Positions 28,165 through 36,807 of a DNA stretch of 64,000 bases are shown here, piece by piece. The position numbers and the translations under genes are program-made. The DNA is from Oscillospiraceae bacterium (GTDB lineage: Bacteria > Bacillota > Clostridia > Oscillospirales > CAG-272), in NCBI GenBank assembly GCA_015064735.1, contig SVRP01000003.1, forward strand, positions 78,248-142,247, in the 5' to 3' direction. Numbering within the stretch: the stretch's first letter is position 1; the number at the start of each line of letters is the position of its first letter. The notes beneath the pieces are model-generated. The model was not told the DNA's origin and did not search any database. It saw only the letters and a list, made by a program, of their open reading frames with translations.

Positions 28165-29294
28165 TGGTAACTGTAAGAGAAGTCAAAACTAAAAGGGATG
28201 TAAAGGCATTTATTGACTTTCCGTTGAAGCTTTACAAAAATTGCGAATATTTCGTTCCCCTCATGTATGCGGATGAAAAAAAGCTTCTTATAACAGGCGG
28301 AAATACAGAGATCGCCGACTCTGTATTCTTCCTTGCGGAAAAGGACGGCAAGGTAGCAGGAAGAATTCAGGGGATTTGCCACAGGCAGTTCAATGAGCTT
28401 AACGACACCAAAAGAGTAAGATTTACAAGATTTGATTCTATTGATGATACAGAAGTCTCCCGTGCTCTCTTCTCTGCTGTTGAGAGCTGGGCGCACAGTC
28501 TCGGTATGACCGAGATCTGCGGTCCTCTTGGATACAGCGACATGGACAGAGAGGGTCTCCTTATTGAAGGATTCGAGGAAAACTCCACCTTTGAAGAGCA
28601 ATACAATTACGACTATTACGGTAAACTAATTGAGGATTCGGGGTATGCCAAGGAGATCGATTGGCTCGAATTTGAGCTTCGCGCTCCCGAAAAGCGCAAC
28701 GAGATGCTTGCCCGTGTGGCAAAGCGCACACTTGAGCTTAACAAGCTCCATATTGCTGATACAAATATGAGCAAAAAAGACTATATTGCAAAATACGGCG
28801 ACAGCTTCTTCGACTGCCTTGATGAGTGCTACAGTAAGCTTTACGGCACCGTTCCCATATCTCCCGCTCAGCGCAAGGAGCTTATCGATCAGTTTATGCT
28901 CATTATAAACATCAAATACGCCGTATTTATTTGCGACGAGGACGAAAAGGTCGTTGCTTTCGGTCTTTGCTTCCCATGCATCGGAGATGCCATCAAAAAG
29001 AGCGGCGGTAAGCTTACCCTTCCCACTCTTATAAGGCTCATGTCCATAGCAAAAAAGCCCAAGACACTCGATCTTGGACTAGTCGCCGTTCGCCCCGAAT
29101 ATCAGAATTCGGGAGTCAACGCGGTTCTCGTCAACGGCATAATCGAAACCCTTTGCTCAGGCGACGTAGAAACCTGCGAAACAAATTTAAATCTTGAGAC
29201 AAATGTGGCTGTTATGGCTCAATGGAAATATTTTTCTGCGAGACAGCACAAGCGCAGAAGATCTTATCTGAAAAACATTGAAAAAGGAGAATAA
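28164..29294 (+). CDS. Two-lobed GNAT-fold acyltransferase of unknown substrate
   Basis: The ATG overlaps the DegV stop (TGATG) and GGAGG lies 7 nt upstream. The C-terminal lobe has the GNAT motif-A-like stretch LVAVRPEYQNSGVNAVLV. The N-terminal lobe is degenerate (FFLAEKDGKVAGRI...). 376 aa. Confidence 0.6.
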   Translation: MVTVREVKTKRDVKAFIDFPLKLYKNCEYFVPLMYADEKKLLITGGNTEIADSVFFLAEKDGKVAGRIQGICHRQFNELNDTKRVRFTRFDSIDDTEVSRALFSAVESWAHSLGMTEICGPLGYSDMDREGLLIEGFEENSTFEEQYNYDYYGKLIEDSGYAKEIDWLEFELRAPEKRNEMLARVAKRTLELNKLHIADTNMSKKDYIAKYGDSFFDCLDECYSKLYGTVPISPAQRKELIDQFMLIINIKYAVFICDEDEKVVAFGLCFPCIGDAIKKSGGKLTLPTLIRLMSIAKKPKTLDLGLVAVRPEYQNSGVNAVLVNGIIETLCSGDVETCETNLNLETNVAVMAQWKYFSARQHKRRRSYLKNIEKGE

Positions 29295-29296
29295 AT

Positions 29297-29518
29297 ATGC
29301 TCGACAAATTAAAAGACGTTCTTGGTAAGGTGCTTCCCGACGTAGATATGTCTACCGTAACCGCGGACACAAGACTGATTGAGGATCTCGGATTTGATTC
29401 CCTTGCTATGATGATGCTCGCCATGGAAATTGAAGATGCATTTAACTTTAAGTTCAAGGAATTTGTGAAATTCAACACGGTCGGAGATGCTTGCTCCTAT
29501 ATTGAGAGCAGAATATAA
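29297..29518 (+). CDS. Acyl/peptidyl carrier protein with a divergent helix II
   Basis: 73 aa. The phosphopantetheine serine motif reads EDLGFDSLAMMMLAMEIEDAF. The gene starts 3 nt after the GNAT stop, with AAAGGAG upstream. Confidence 0.8.
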   Translation: MLDKLKDVLGKVLPDVDMSTVTADTRLIEDLGFDSLAMMMLAMEIEDAFNFKFKEFVKFNTVGDACSYIESRI

Positions 29519-29535
29519 AACGTAACAGGTATAAT

Positions 29536-29568
29536 AAAAGGTCTCGAACAAGCGTTCGAGACCTTTTT
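29536..29568. terminator. Bidirectional terminator between the ACP gene and rpsR
   Basis: AAAA-GGTCTCGAAC-aagc-GTTCGAGACC-TTTTT. Confidence 0.8.
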
Positions 29569-29572
29569 ATTA

Positions 29573-29827
29573 TTAGTCGGTTACGTAAGGAAGCAATGCT
29601 GCCTGTCTTGCACGCTTGATAGCTGTGTTGAGCTCTCTCTGGTGCTTTGCGCAGGTGCCGGAAATTCTTCTGGGAAGAATCTTTCCACGCTCGCTTATGA
29701 ACTTTCTGAGCTTTGCGGAATCCTTATAGTCAATAAAATCAACCTTGTCTGCGCAGAAAATGCAAACTTTCTTTCTTCTGCGTACTACGGGGCGCTGAGG
29801 GCGCGCTGTATTTTCAGCTCTATCCAT
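29573..29827 (-). CDS. rpsR: 30S ribosomal protein S18
   Basis: [18 protein letters not shown] and [19 protein letters not shown] motifs are present. Confidence 0.95.
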   Translation of the reverse strand: MDRAENTARPQRPVVRRRKKVCIFCADKVDFIDYKDSAKLRKFISERGKILPRRISGTCAKHQRELNTAIKRARQAALLPYVTD

Positions 29828-29866
29828 TTTAATTTTTCCTCCTATTTAATGTTGATGCCGGCGATC

Positions 29867-30331
29867 TTAGAAAGGAAGATCGTCGTCTGTGTTAAGTTCC
29901 TCGAAGTTAGGAGCGGATCCTGCGTTTGAGGAATATGCGGGTGCAGCATTGTACGCATCGGGCATATAAGAATTGCCCTGTGCGTTTCCGCTTTCGCTAC
30001 GAGAGTCAACGAACATAGCTTCGTCAACAATAACCTCAGTTGCATAACGTCTCTGACCCTGGCTGTCCTGCCAATTTCTGGTCTGGATGCTTCCGGTTAC
30101 ACAGATTGCCGAGCCTTTTCTAAAGTACTTGGAAATGAACTCCGCAGTCTGTCTCCATGCAACCATGCTGATGAAGTCGGTCTGTTGTTCGCCTTGCTCG
30201 TTCTTGGAGAATCTGCGATTTACAGCCAATGTAAAGCTAAGAACAGATACACCTGTGGTGGTCTGCTTAAGCTCGGGATCGGCGGTAATACGACCTGCAA
30301 GAACAACCTTGTTAAGATTCAAAGCAGACAT
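29867..30331 (-). CDS. ssb: Single-stranded DNA-binding protein
   Basis: The N-terminal OB fold begins MSALNLNKVVLAGRITADPELK. The acidic tail ends DDDLPF. Confidence 0.95.
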   Translation of the reverse strand: MSALNLNKVVLAGRITADPELKQTTTGVSVLSFTLAVNRRFSKNEQGEQQTDFISMVAWRQTAEFISKYFRKGSAICVTGSIQTRNWQDSQGQRRYATEVIVDEAMFVDSRSESGNAQGNSYMPDAYNAAPAYSSNAGSAPNFEELNTDDDLPF

Positions 30332-30354
30332 TTTTTACCTCCCGTTTGCCGTGA

Positions 30355-30750
30355 TTACTCTGCGTCGGTCGCAGGAGCAATAGTTTCCTCGGCAACTTCA
30401 GCTTCAGCCTCGGTCTCTGCAACAGCAGCCTTTTCAGCCTTCTTTGCAGCAGCATCGTACTCAAGCTTGATTATCATGGAGCGCATTATCGTCTCGTCAA
30501 TGTTGAAAAGACGGTCGAGCTCGCCGGGGAACGTGGGCTCTGCCTTGAATGTTACTACAACGTAATAGCCTTCGGGCATATCGTTGATAGCGTAAGCAAG
30601 ACGGCGCTTACCCCACTTTGCCACGTCGATAACCTCGGCATTTGCCTCGATTACAGACATGAACTTGTTCACAGTTGCTTCAGTTTCGGTTTCACCCTTA
30701 GTTACATCAACAATGAACAGGCTTTCGTAAGAATTGATTACCTTTTCCAT
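30355..30750 (-). CDS. rpsF: 30S ribosomal protein S6 with an Ala/Glu-rich C-terminal tail
   Basis: YESLFIVD...WGKRRLAYAI is S6-like. The gene order rpsF-ssb-rpsR is the standard one. Confidence 0.95.
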   Translation of the reverse strand: MEKVINSYESLFIVDVTKGETETEATVNKFMSVIEANAEVIDVAKWGKRRLAYAINDMPEGYYVVVTFKAEPTFPGELDRLFNIDETIMRSMIIKLEYDAAAKKAEKAAVAETEAEAEVAEETIAPATDAE

Positions 30751-30849
30751 TTTTTACACCTCCCTATGGACTTAAGACCGCGCGCATTCGATCATATTAT
30801 TTACGCGCAGTAAGGAGACGGGTATGAAATTTACCCGTACCGAGTTAGT

Positions 30850-30878
30850 ATTATATCATAACATACTTTGTTTGTCAA
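30850..30878 (-). promoter_or_regulatory. Consensus SigA promoter of rpsF-ssb-rpsR
   Basis: The minus strand reads TTGACA-17 nt-TATAAT. This leaves a ~90-nt leader. Confidence 0.6.
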
Positions 30879-30918
30879 GTATTTTTTTCTTTTTATTTAT
30901 ATTTTTATCTTTTTTGTG

Positions 30919-30947
30919 TTGATTTTTTTAAAATTTTAAGTTATAAT
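30919..30947 (+). promoter_or_regulatory. Promoter of the SDR gene
   Basis: TTGATT-17 nt-TATAAT. Confidence 0.5.
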
Positions 30948-30979
30948 ATGACTGTATTTCGATTTTACGGAGGTTTTTC

Positions 30980-31693
30980 GTGAAAATACTTATAACAGGG
31001 GGCTCTCGGGGTATCGGCAGAGCCTGTGTTGAATACTTCTCTTCTCTCGGTCATTCGGTTGCTTTTATTTATAAGAGCAGCTTTGAGGATGCAAAAAGTC
31101 TTACCGAGAAAACCGGAGCTGTCGCCATCTGCGCCGATATAAGCAACGGTCCCTCCGCATCGGCAGCGGCTTTTGCCGCGATTTCAAAGCTTGGGGGAGT
31201 TGACGTTCTTATCAACAATGCGGGTATTTCCCAAATCAAGCTCTTCTCTGACATTACAGACGACGATTGGCAATCTGTCATTAATACTAATTTGTCAAGC
31301 TCATTCTATATCTCCCGTGAAATTTCAAAGGATATGATCTCACGAAAGAGCGGACGCATAATTTTTATCGGCTCCATGTGGGGAAAGGTCGGGGCATCCT
31401 GCGAGGCTCACTATTCCGCCTCCAAGGCGGCTTTGCGCGGTCTTACCTTTTCTCTTGCCAAGGAGCTCGGGCCTTCGGGCATAACAGTTAACTGCATTGA
31501 ACCCGGTGTTATTGCTACCGATATGAATTTTTCTCTATCGGAGGACGTTCTACGTGAGCTTTGCGACGAGACCCCTCTTGGAAGAATAGGAGAGCCCACG
31601 GAGGTTGCCGCGCTCGCTGAATTTCTTTCTTCGGAAAAGGCTTCCTTTATTACCGGTCAGGTAATAGGAATTGACGGCGGATTTGCAATATAA
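30980..31693 (+). CDS. Short-chain dehydrogenase/reductase (FabG-like)
   Basis: A GTG start follows GGAGG. TGGSRGIG, NNAG and YSASKAAL motifs are present. Confidence 0.85.
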   Translation: MKILITGGSRGIGRACVEYFSSLGHSVAFIYKSSFEDAKSLTEKTGAVAICADISNGPSASAAAFAAISKLGGVDVLINNAGISQIKLFSDITDDDWQSVINTNLSSSFYISREISKDMISRKSGRIIFIGSMWGKVGASCEAHYSASKAALRGLTFSLAKELGPSGITVNCIEPGVIATDMNFSLSEDVLRELCDETPLGRIGEPTEVAALAEFLSSEKASFITGQVIGIDGGFAI

Positions 31694-31714
31694 GAGCAAA
31701 ATCCCGGTAATTTA

Positions 31715-31743
31715 TTGACAAACATGAATTTTTGGGTTATAAT
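31715..31743 (+). promoter_or_regulatory. Consensus SigA promoter of tyrS
   Basis: TTGACA-17 nt-TATAAT lies 45 nt before the tyrS ATG. Confidence 0.6.
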
Positions 31744-31787
31744 GTTAGTTGTGTAATTAATTATTTGCATATATATTTGGAGGAAAC

Positions 31788-33008
31788 ATGACAATCTACG
31801 ACGAACTTGTTGCCAGAGGACTTATCGCTCAGGTAACCGACGAAAACGAAATCAAGGAGCTCGTTAACAACGGCAAAGCCGTTTTCTATATTGGCTTCGA
31901 CCCCACGGCTGACAGCCTTCACGTGGGACACTTTATGGCTCTTTGCCTTATGAAGAGACTTCAAATGGCAGGAAACAAGCCTATCGCCCTTATCGGTGGC
32001 GGCACTGCTATGATCGGCGACCCCTCGGGAAGAACCGATATGCGTCAGATGATGACTGCCGAAACTATTCAGCACAACTGCGAATGCTTCAAGAAGCAGA
32101 TGAGCCGTTTTATCGACTTTTCCGAAGGAAAGGCAATCATGATAAACAATGCTGACTGGCTTCTCGACCTTAACTACGTTGAGGTTCTCCGTGAGGTTGG
32201 CTCTTGCTTCTCTGTAAACAACATGCTCCGCGCAGAGTGCTACAAGCAGCGTATGGAAAAGGGACTCTCCTTCCTTGAATTCAACTACATGATAATGCAG
32301 TCCTACGACTTCTATCACCTTTACAAGACTATGGGCTGTAACATGCAGTTTGGCGGAGACGACCAGTGGTCAAACATGCTTGGCGGCACAGAGCTTATCA
32401 GAAGAAAGCTTGGCAAGGATGCTTACGCTATGACTATCAATCTCCTTCTCAATTCCGAGGGCAAGAAGATGGGTAAGACTCAGTCGGGAGCAGTATGGCT
32501 TGATCCCGCAAAGACCTCTCCCTACGACTTCTATCAGTATTGGAGAAACGTAGCAGACTCCGACGTTCTCAAGTGTATCCGCATGCTTACATTCCTTCCC
32601 TTGGAAGAAATTGACGCTATGGATAAATGGGAGGGCGCACAGCTCAACCGTGCAAAGGAAATCCTCGCTTATGAGCTCACAAAGCTTGTTCACGGTGAGG
32701 AGGAAGCGCAGAAGGCGGAAGCAAGCGCAAAGGCTCTCTTCGGATCGGGTGCTACTGCCGACATTCCTACAAGCGAGCTTACCGATGCTGATTTTGTTGA
32801 CGGAGTTATTGATATTGGAACACTCCTCGTTAAGACGGGGCTCGTTCCCTCTAAATCCGAAGCAAGACGCGCTATTGAACAGGGCGGTGTTGCCGCGGAT
32901 GATGTAAAGGTTACCGACTTTAAGAAAACTTACACCATGGACGACCTTAAGAATGGTATCGTTTTCCGCAGAGGAAAGAAGAATTTCCGTAAGGTTATTG
33001 TAAAGTAA
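31788..33008 (+). CDS. tyrS: Tyrosine--tRNA ligase
   Basis: The HIGH-type motif reads SLHVGH and the KMSKS-type motif reads KKMGKT. An S4-like C-terminal domain is present. Confidence 0.95.
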   Translation: MTIYDELVARGLIAQVTDENEIKELVNNGKAVFYIGFDPTADSLHVGHFMALCLMKRLQMAGNKPIALIGGGTAMIGDPSGRTDMRQMMTAETIQHNCECFKKQMSRFIDFSEGKAIMINNADWLLDLNYVEVLREVGSCFSVNNMLRAECYKQRMEKGLSFLEFNYMIMQSYDFYHLYKTMGCNMQFGGDDQWSNMLGGTELIRRKLGKDAYAMTINLLLNSEGKKMGKTQSGAVWLDPAKTSPYDFYQYWRNVADSDVLKCIRMLTFLPLEEIDAMDKWEGAQLNRAKEILAYELTKLVHGEEEAQKAEASAKALFGSGATADIPTSELTDADFVDGVIDIGTLLVKTGLVPSKSEARRAIEQGGVAADDVKVTDFKKTYTMDDLKNGIVFRRGKKNFRKVIVK

Positions 33009-33028
33009 AGCTAAATATTCCATAAACG

Positions 33029-33068
33029 AATCCCACACGCTAAAAATTAGCGGGTGGGATTTTGTTTG
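33029..33068 (+). terminator. tyrS terminator
   Basis: ATCCCACACGCTAA-aaa-TTAGCGGGTGGGAT is followed by TTTGTTTG. Confidence 0.6.
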
Positions 33069-33111
33069 TTCTACATCTTGTTATTGTTAAATTTGTTATT
33101 ATTAAATTTTA

Positions 33112-36100
33112 TCAGCTTTGCGCCTTTGTAAGTGTGCCGTTGGTGCAGGTTACGGTATATTCGCCGGTGGAACTGTTCCAAGAAGAGCCCTTAGATATAT
33201 CCGACCACTGAGAGGTTGTACCGCCGTAGTTTATGCTCGTGAGGCTGTAGCAACCACAGAACGCATATTCGCCTATGCTCGTTACGCTGTCGGGGATACT
33301 TATACTCGTTAGGCTACCGCAATTATAGAACGCACCACTGCCTATGCTCGTTACGCTGTCGGGAATTATAAGCTCGGTTACAGGTTTATTGTTCAAATAC
33401 AGAGTTGCACCATAATACAATGGGTGAGAATATCCGTCTTCGAAATCGATCGCGCACCATGCCTCTATATCAGTAATATATACGCTCGTAAGGCTGTCGC
33501 AATCATAGAACGCATAATCGCCGATGCTCGTTACGCTGTTACCTATCGTTACGCTCGTGAGGCTGTAACAACTTTTGAACGCCATATAGCCTATGCTCGT
33601 TACGCTGTCGGGGATAGTTATGCTCTTGAGGCTGCTGCATTCATAGAACGCACCATAGCCTATGCTCGTTACGCTGTCAGGGATTGTTATGTTCGTGAGG
33701 CTGCTGCAATATTGGAACGCGCATTGGCATATCTCGTAATTCTCGCCATTGTAACTATCGGGAAGAACAAGATTCGTATCTTTTCCCACATGCCTAAGTA
33801 AATAATTTACTCCGTTATAAGTATAGAACAAATAGTCGTCCTTATTTACTATCTTGCTTTCTCCCTCATGTACCTCTATAGCGTAATATCCGACGTAGCC
33901 GTAGTATGTGGTTCCTACCGTTATATTAAGCTCCGACTTGTTTATTACCTCTACAAGCGTGTAGCAATCATGGAACGCATATCTGCCTATGCTCTTTACA
34001 CTGCTACTTATTGTTACGCTAATAAAACTACGGCAACCAGAGAACGCATTTTCGCTTATACTCGTTACGCCTTCGGGAATTACAAGATTCGTTACAAGCT
34101 CACCGTTAAGATACAGATTATTTGCATAATATAATGGATTTGCATAACTTTCAAACGATATATTACACCATTTTGCTATATCCGTTATATATACACCCGT
34201 AAGACTACTGCAATCTCTGAACGCATATTCGCCTATGCTCGTTACGCCATTGCCTATCGTAATGTTCTTTAGGCTATTACCATAGAATGCATGTTTGCCT
34301 ATGCTCGTAACACTGTTTCCTATCGTTACGTTAATGAGATGCCAGCAACCGTCGAACGCATAATCGCCTATACTCGTTACGCCGTTGTCTATCGTTACGC
34401 TCGTGAGGCTGTCGCAATAGTAAAATGCGTATTTGTATATTTCGTAATTCTCGCCATTGTAACTATCGGGAAGAACAAGATTCGTATCCTTTCCCACATG
34501 CCCAAGTAAATAATTTACTCCGTTATAAGTATAGAACAAATATCCGTCCTTATTTACTATCTTGCTTTCTCCCTTATGTATCTCTTTTGCGTAACATCCG
34601 GCGCAGCCGTTACCTATGCTTCCAGCCGTTATATTAAGCTCCGACTTGTCTATTACCTCTACAAGCGTGTAGCAATCATGGAACGCATCATAGTCGATGC
34701 TCGTTACGCCGTTTCCTATCGTTACGCTCGTGAGGCGGTAACAATAACGGAACGCATCAACACCTATCCTCTTTACGCTGTCGGGAATCGTTATGTTCGT
34801 GAGGCTTGTGCAATGTTCGAACGCAGAATTGCCTATGCTCGTTACACCGTTGCCTATCGTTACGCTCGTTAGGCTATCGCAACCATAGAACGCACCTTCG
34901 CATATGCTCGTTACACCGTTGCCTATCGTTACGCTCGTTAGGCTATCGCAACCACTGAACGCATATTCGCCTATGTTCGTTACGCTGTCGGGGATCGTTA
35001 CGTTCGTAATGCTATAGCAATAAGCGAACGCAGAATTGCCTATGCTCGTTACGCTGTTCGGTATCGTTACACCCGTGAGACTTGTGCAACCTTTAAACGC
35101 ACTATAACCTATGCTCGTTACGCTGTTTCCTATCGTTATGCTCGTGAGGCTGCGGCAATTACAGAAGGCGTATTTGTATATCTCATAATTCTCGCCGTTG
35201 TAATTTTCGGGAAGAACAAGCTCTGTATCTGTTCCCGTATATCCAAACAAATAATTTACTCCGTTATAGGTATAGAACAAATATCCGTCCTTATTTACTA
35301 GCTTGCTTTCTCCGTTATGTACCTCTTTTGCGTAATAGCCTACGTAGCCGTTATCTTTGCTTCCTGCCGTTATATTAAGTTCCGACTTATTTATTACCTC
35401 TACGAGTTTGTAGCAGCAACCGAACGCATAATCACCTATGCTCGTTACACTGTTAGGTATTGTTACACTCGTAATGTTAGTACAATCATATAACATACGA
35501 TTGTATATTTCATAACTCTGACCGTTATAGTTTTCAGGCAATGTTAATATGATATCTGTTCCCACGTAGCCAAAGAGATAGTTTACTCTGTTATATGTAT
35601 AGAATAAATAGCCATCCCTATTTACTATTTTGCTCTCTCCGTTGTGTGCCTCTATTGCATAATAACCAACGTGACCATTATCTTCGCTTCCTACCGTTAT
35701 ATTAAGCTTCGACTTATTTATAACCTCTACGAGCTTGTAGCAACGTTCAAACGCGCCAAAATCTATATTTGTTACTCTGTTGCCTATCGTTACGCTCGTA
35801 AGGCTTGTGCATCCAAAGAACGCCTCATATTCGATGCTCGTTACTCCGTTGCCTATCGTTACACTCGTGAGGCTACTGCAACCTTCGAACGCATATTTGC
35901 CTATGCTCGTTACGCTGTCGGGGATCGTTACGTTCGTAATGCTATAGCAATAAGCGAACGCAGAATTGCCTATGCTCGTTACGCTGTTCGGTATCGTTAC
36001 ACCCGTGAGACTTGTGCAACCTTTAAACGCACTATAACCTATGCTCGTTACGCTGTTTCCTATCGTTACGCTAATGAGACAGTTACAATCACAGAATGCC

Positions 36101-36489
36101 TCCATTCCGATACTCTTTACACTGTCGGGTATTGTTACACTCGTTAGGCTGTCGTAATCATAGAACGCATAATCTCCGATGTTTGTTACAGGTTTACCGT
36201 TGTATTTTTTCGGTATAGCTATATCTGTATCCGTACAGCTTCCTATTCCTATTACGGAATACCCGAGTTCATCTTCATTAAGCTCAAAATTCAATCCATC
36301 GGAGCCTTTTTCGTCTTGATCTTCTTTTCCGTCTTGTTTGTCATTTCCGTTTTGATTTTCGCTTCCATTTTGATTGTTCGAAGTATTTTCGCGGCTTGTT
36401 TCCGTTCCGCTATTATCGCCCTTACTACAGGACGCAAGAGCTACCGCAAGTATACAGATAACCAAAAGTATCGCCAAAAGTTTTTTCAT
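33112..36489 (-). CDS. BspA-like leucine-rich-repeat surface lipoprotein (1125 aa)
   Basis: The signal peptide and lipobox read MKKLLAILLVICILAVALASC. A low-complexity N/Q/E/D linker follows. There are dozens of ~22-23-aa repeats of the form SLTSVTIPxSVTSIGxxAFxxC. These are interrupted four times by an ~85-aa module (YKLVEVINKSELNIT...YLFYTYNGVNYL...LPENYNGENYEIY). Confidence 0.85.
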   Translation of the reverse strand: MKKLLAILLVICILAVALASCSKGDNSGTETSRENTSNNQNGSENQNGNDKQDGKEDQDEKGSDGLNFELNEDELGYSVIGIGSCTDTDIAIPKKYNGKPVTNIGDYAFYDYDSLTSVTIPDSVKSIGMEAFCDCNCLISVTIGNSVTSIGYSAFKGCTSLTGVTIPNSVTSIGNSAFAYCYSITNVTIPDSVTSIGKYAFEGCSSLTSVTIGNGVTSIEYEAFFGCTSLTSVTIGNRVTNIDFGAFERCYKLVEVINKSKLNITVGSEDNGHVGYYAIEAHNGESKIVNRDGYLFYTYNRVNYLFGYVGTDIILTLPENYNGQSYEIYNRMLYDCTNITSVTIPNSVTSIGDYAFGCCYKLVEVINKSELNITAGSKDNGYVGYYAKEVHNGESKLVNKDGYLFYTYNGVNYLFGYTGTDTELVLPENYNGENYEIYKYAFCNCRSLTSITIGNSVTSIGYSAFKGCTSLTGVTIPNSVTSIGNSAFAYCYSITNVTIPDSVTNIGEYAFSGCDSLTSVTIGNGVTSICEGAFYGCDSLTSVTIGNGVTSIGNSAFEHCTSLTNITIPDSVKRIGVDAFRYCYRLTSVTIGNGVTSIDYDAFHDCYTLVEVIDKSELNITAGSIGNGCAGCYAKEIHKGESKIVNKDGYLFYTYNGVNYLLGHVGKDTNLVLPDSYNGENYEIYKYAFYYCDSLTSVTIDNGVTSIGDYAFDGCWHLINVTIGNSVTSIGKHAFYGNSLKNITIGNGVTSIGEYAFRDCSSLTGVYITDIAKWCNISFESYANPLYYANNLYLNGELVTNLVIPEGVTSISENAFSGCRSFISVTISSSVKSIGRYAFHDCYTLVEVINKSELNITVGTTYYGYVGYYAIEVHEGESKIVNKDDYLFYTYNGVNYLLRHVGKDTNLVLPDSYNGENYEICQCAFQYCSSLTNITIPDSVTSIGYGAFYECSSLKSITIPDSVTSIGYMAFKSCYSLTSVTIGNSVTSIGDYAFYDCDSLTSVYITDIEAWCAIDFEDGYSHPLYYGATLYLNNKPVTELIIPDSVTSIGSGAFYNCGSLTSISIPDSVTSIGEYAFCGCYSLTSINYGGTTSQWSDISKGSSWNSSTGEYTVTCTNGTLTKAQS
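34977..35138. repeat. 162-bp perfect direct repeat, copy A (inside the LRR gene)
   Basis: Identical base for base to 35907-36068. The offset is 930 bp, or 310 codons, so it is in frame. Confidence 0.9.
35907..36068. repeat. 162-bp perfect direct repeat, copy B (inside the LRR gene)
   Basis: Identical to 34977-35138. The flanks diverge at 34976/35906 and at 35139/36069. Confidence 0.9.
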
Positions 36490-36807
36490 GTCTTTTTCCT
36501 CCGAAAATTAAAAAGTGTGTACAGCCGAAGCCGTACACACAAAAAACGCACAACTCCGATTGTTGCAACACAACCTTCGATAAATACCCTTGCGTATGTA
36601 TGCGAAAAAAGAGTATGCATTTTTTCAAAAAATAAACATACTTACGCAATGCTATACGGTATTAAGTTGTGTGGCAAATTAATTGTATCACAAAGCTCGG
36701 CGTTTGTAAAGTACCTTGGTTTATTTTGTCAACTAAAGGTTTTTTGTAAATAAAAAATGGGGCGTTCTCAATGCACATGAGAACGCCCTGTGAAATTTAA
36801 TCAACAA

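Noticed and set aside
33112-36489. Regular ~66-69-bp periodic repeats that could be mistaken for a CRISPR array or a non-coding tandem repeat, plus the many 'ARYAV'-type plus-strand ORFs.
   Set aside because: The periodicity is the coding LRR unit of one continuous 1125-codon frame with a signal peptide. There are no unique spacers between identical repeats. The plus-strand ORFs are antisense artefacts.
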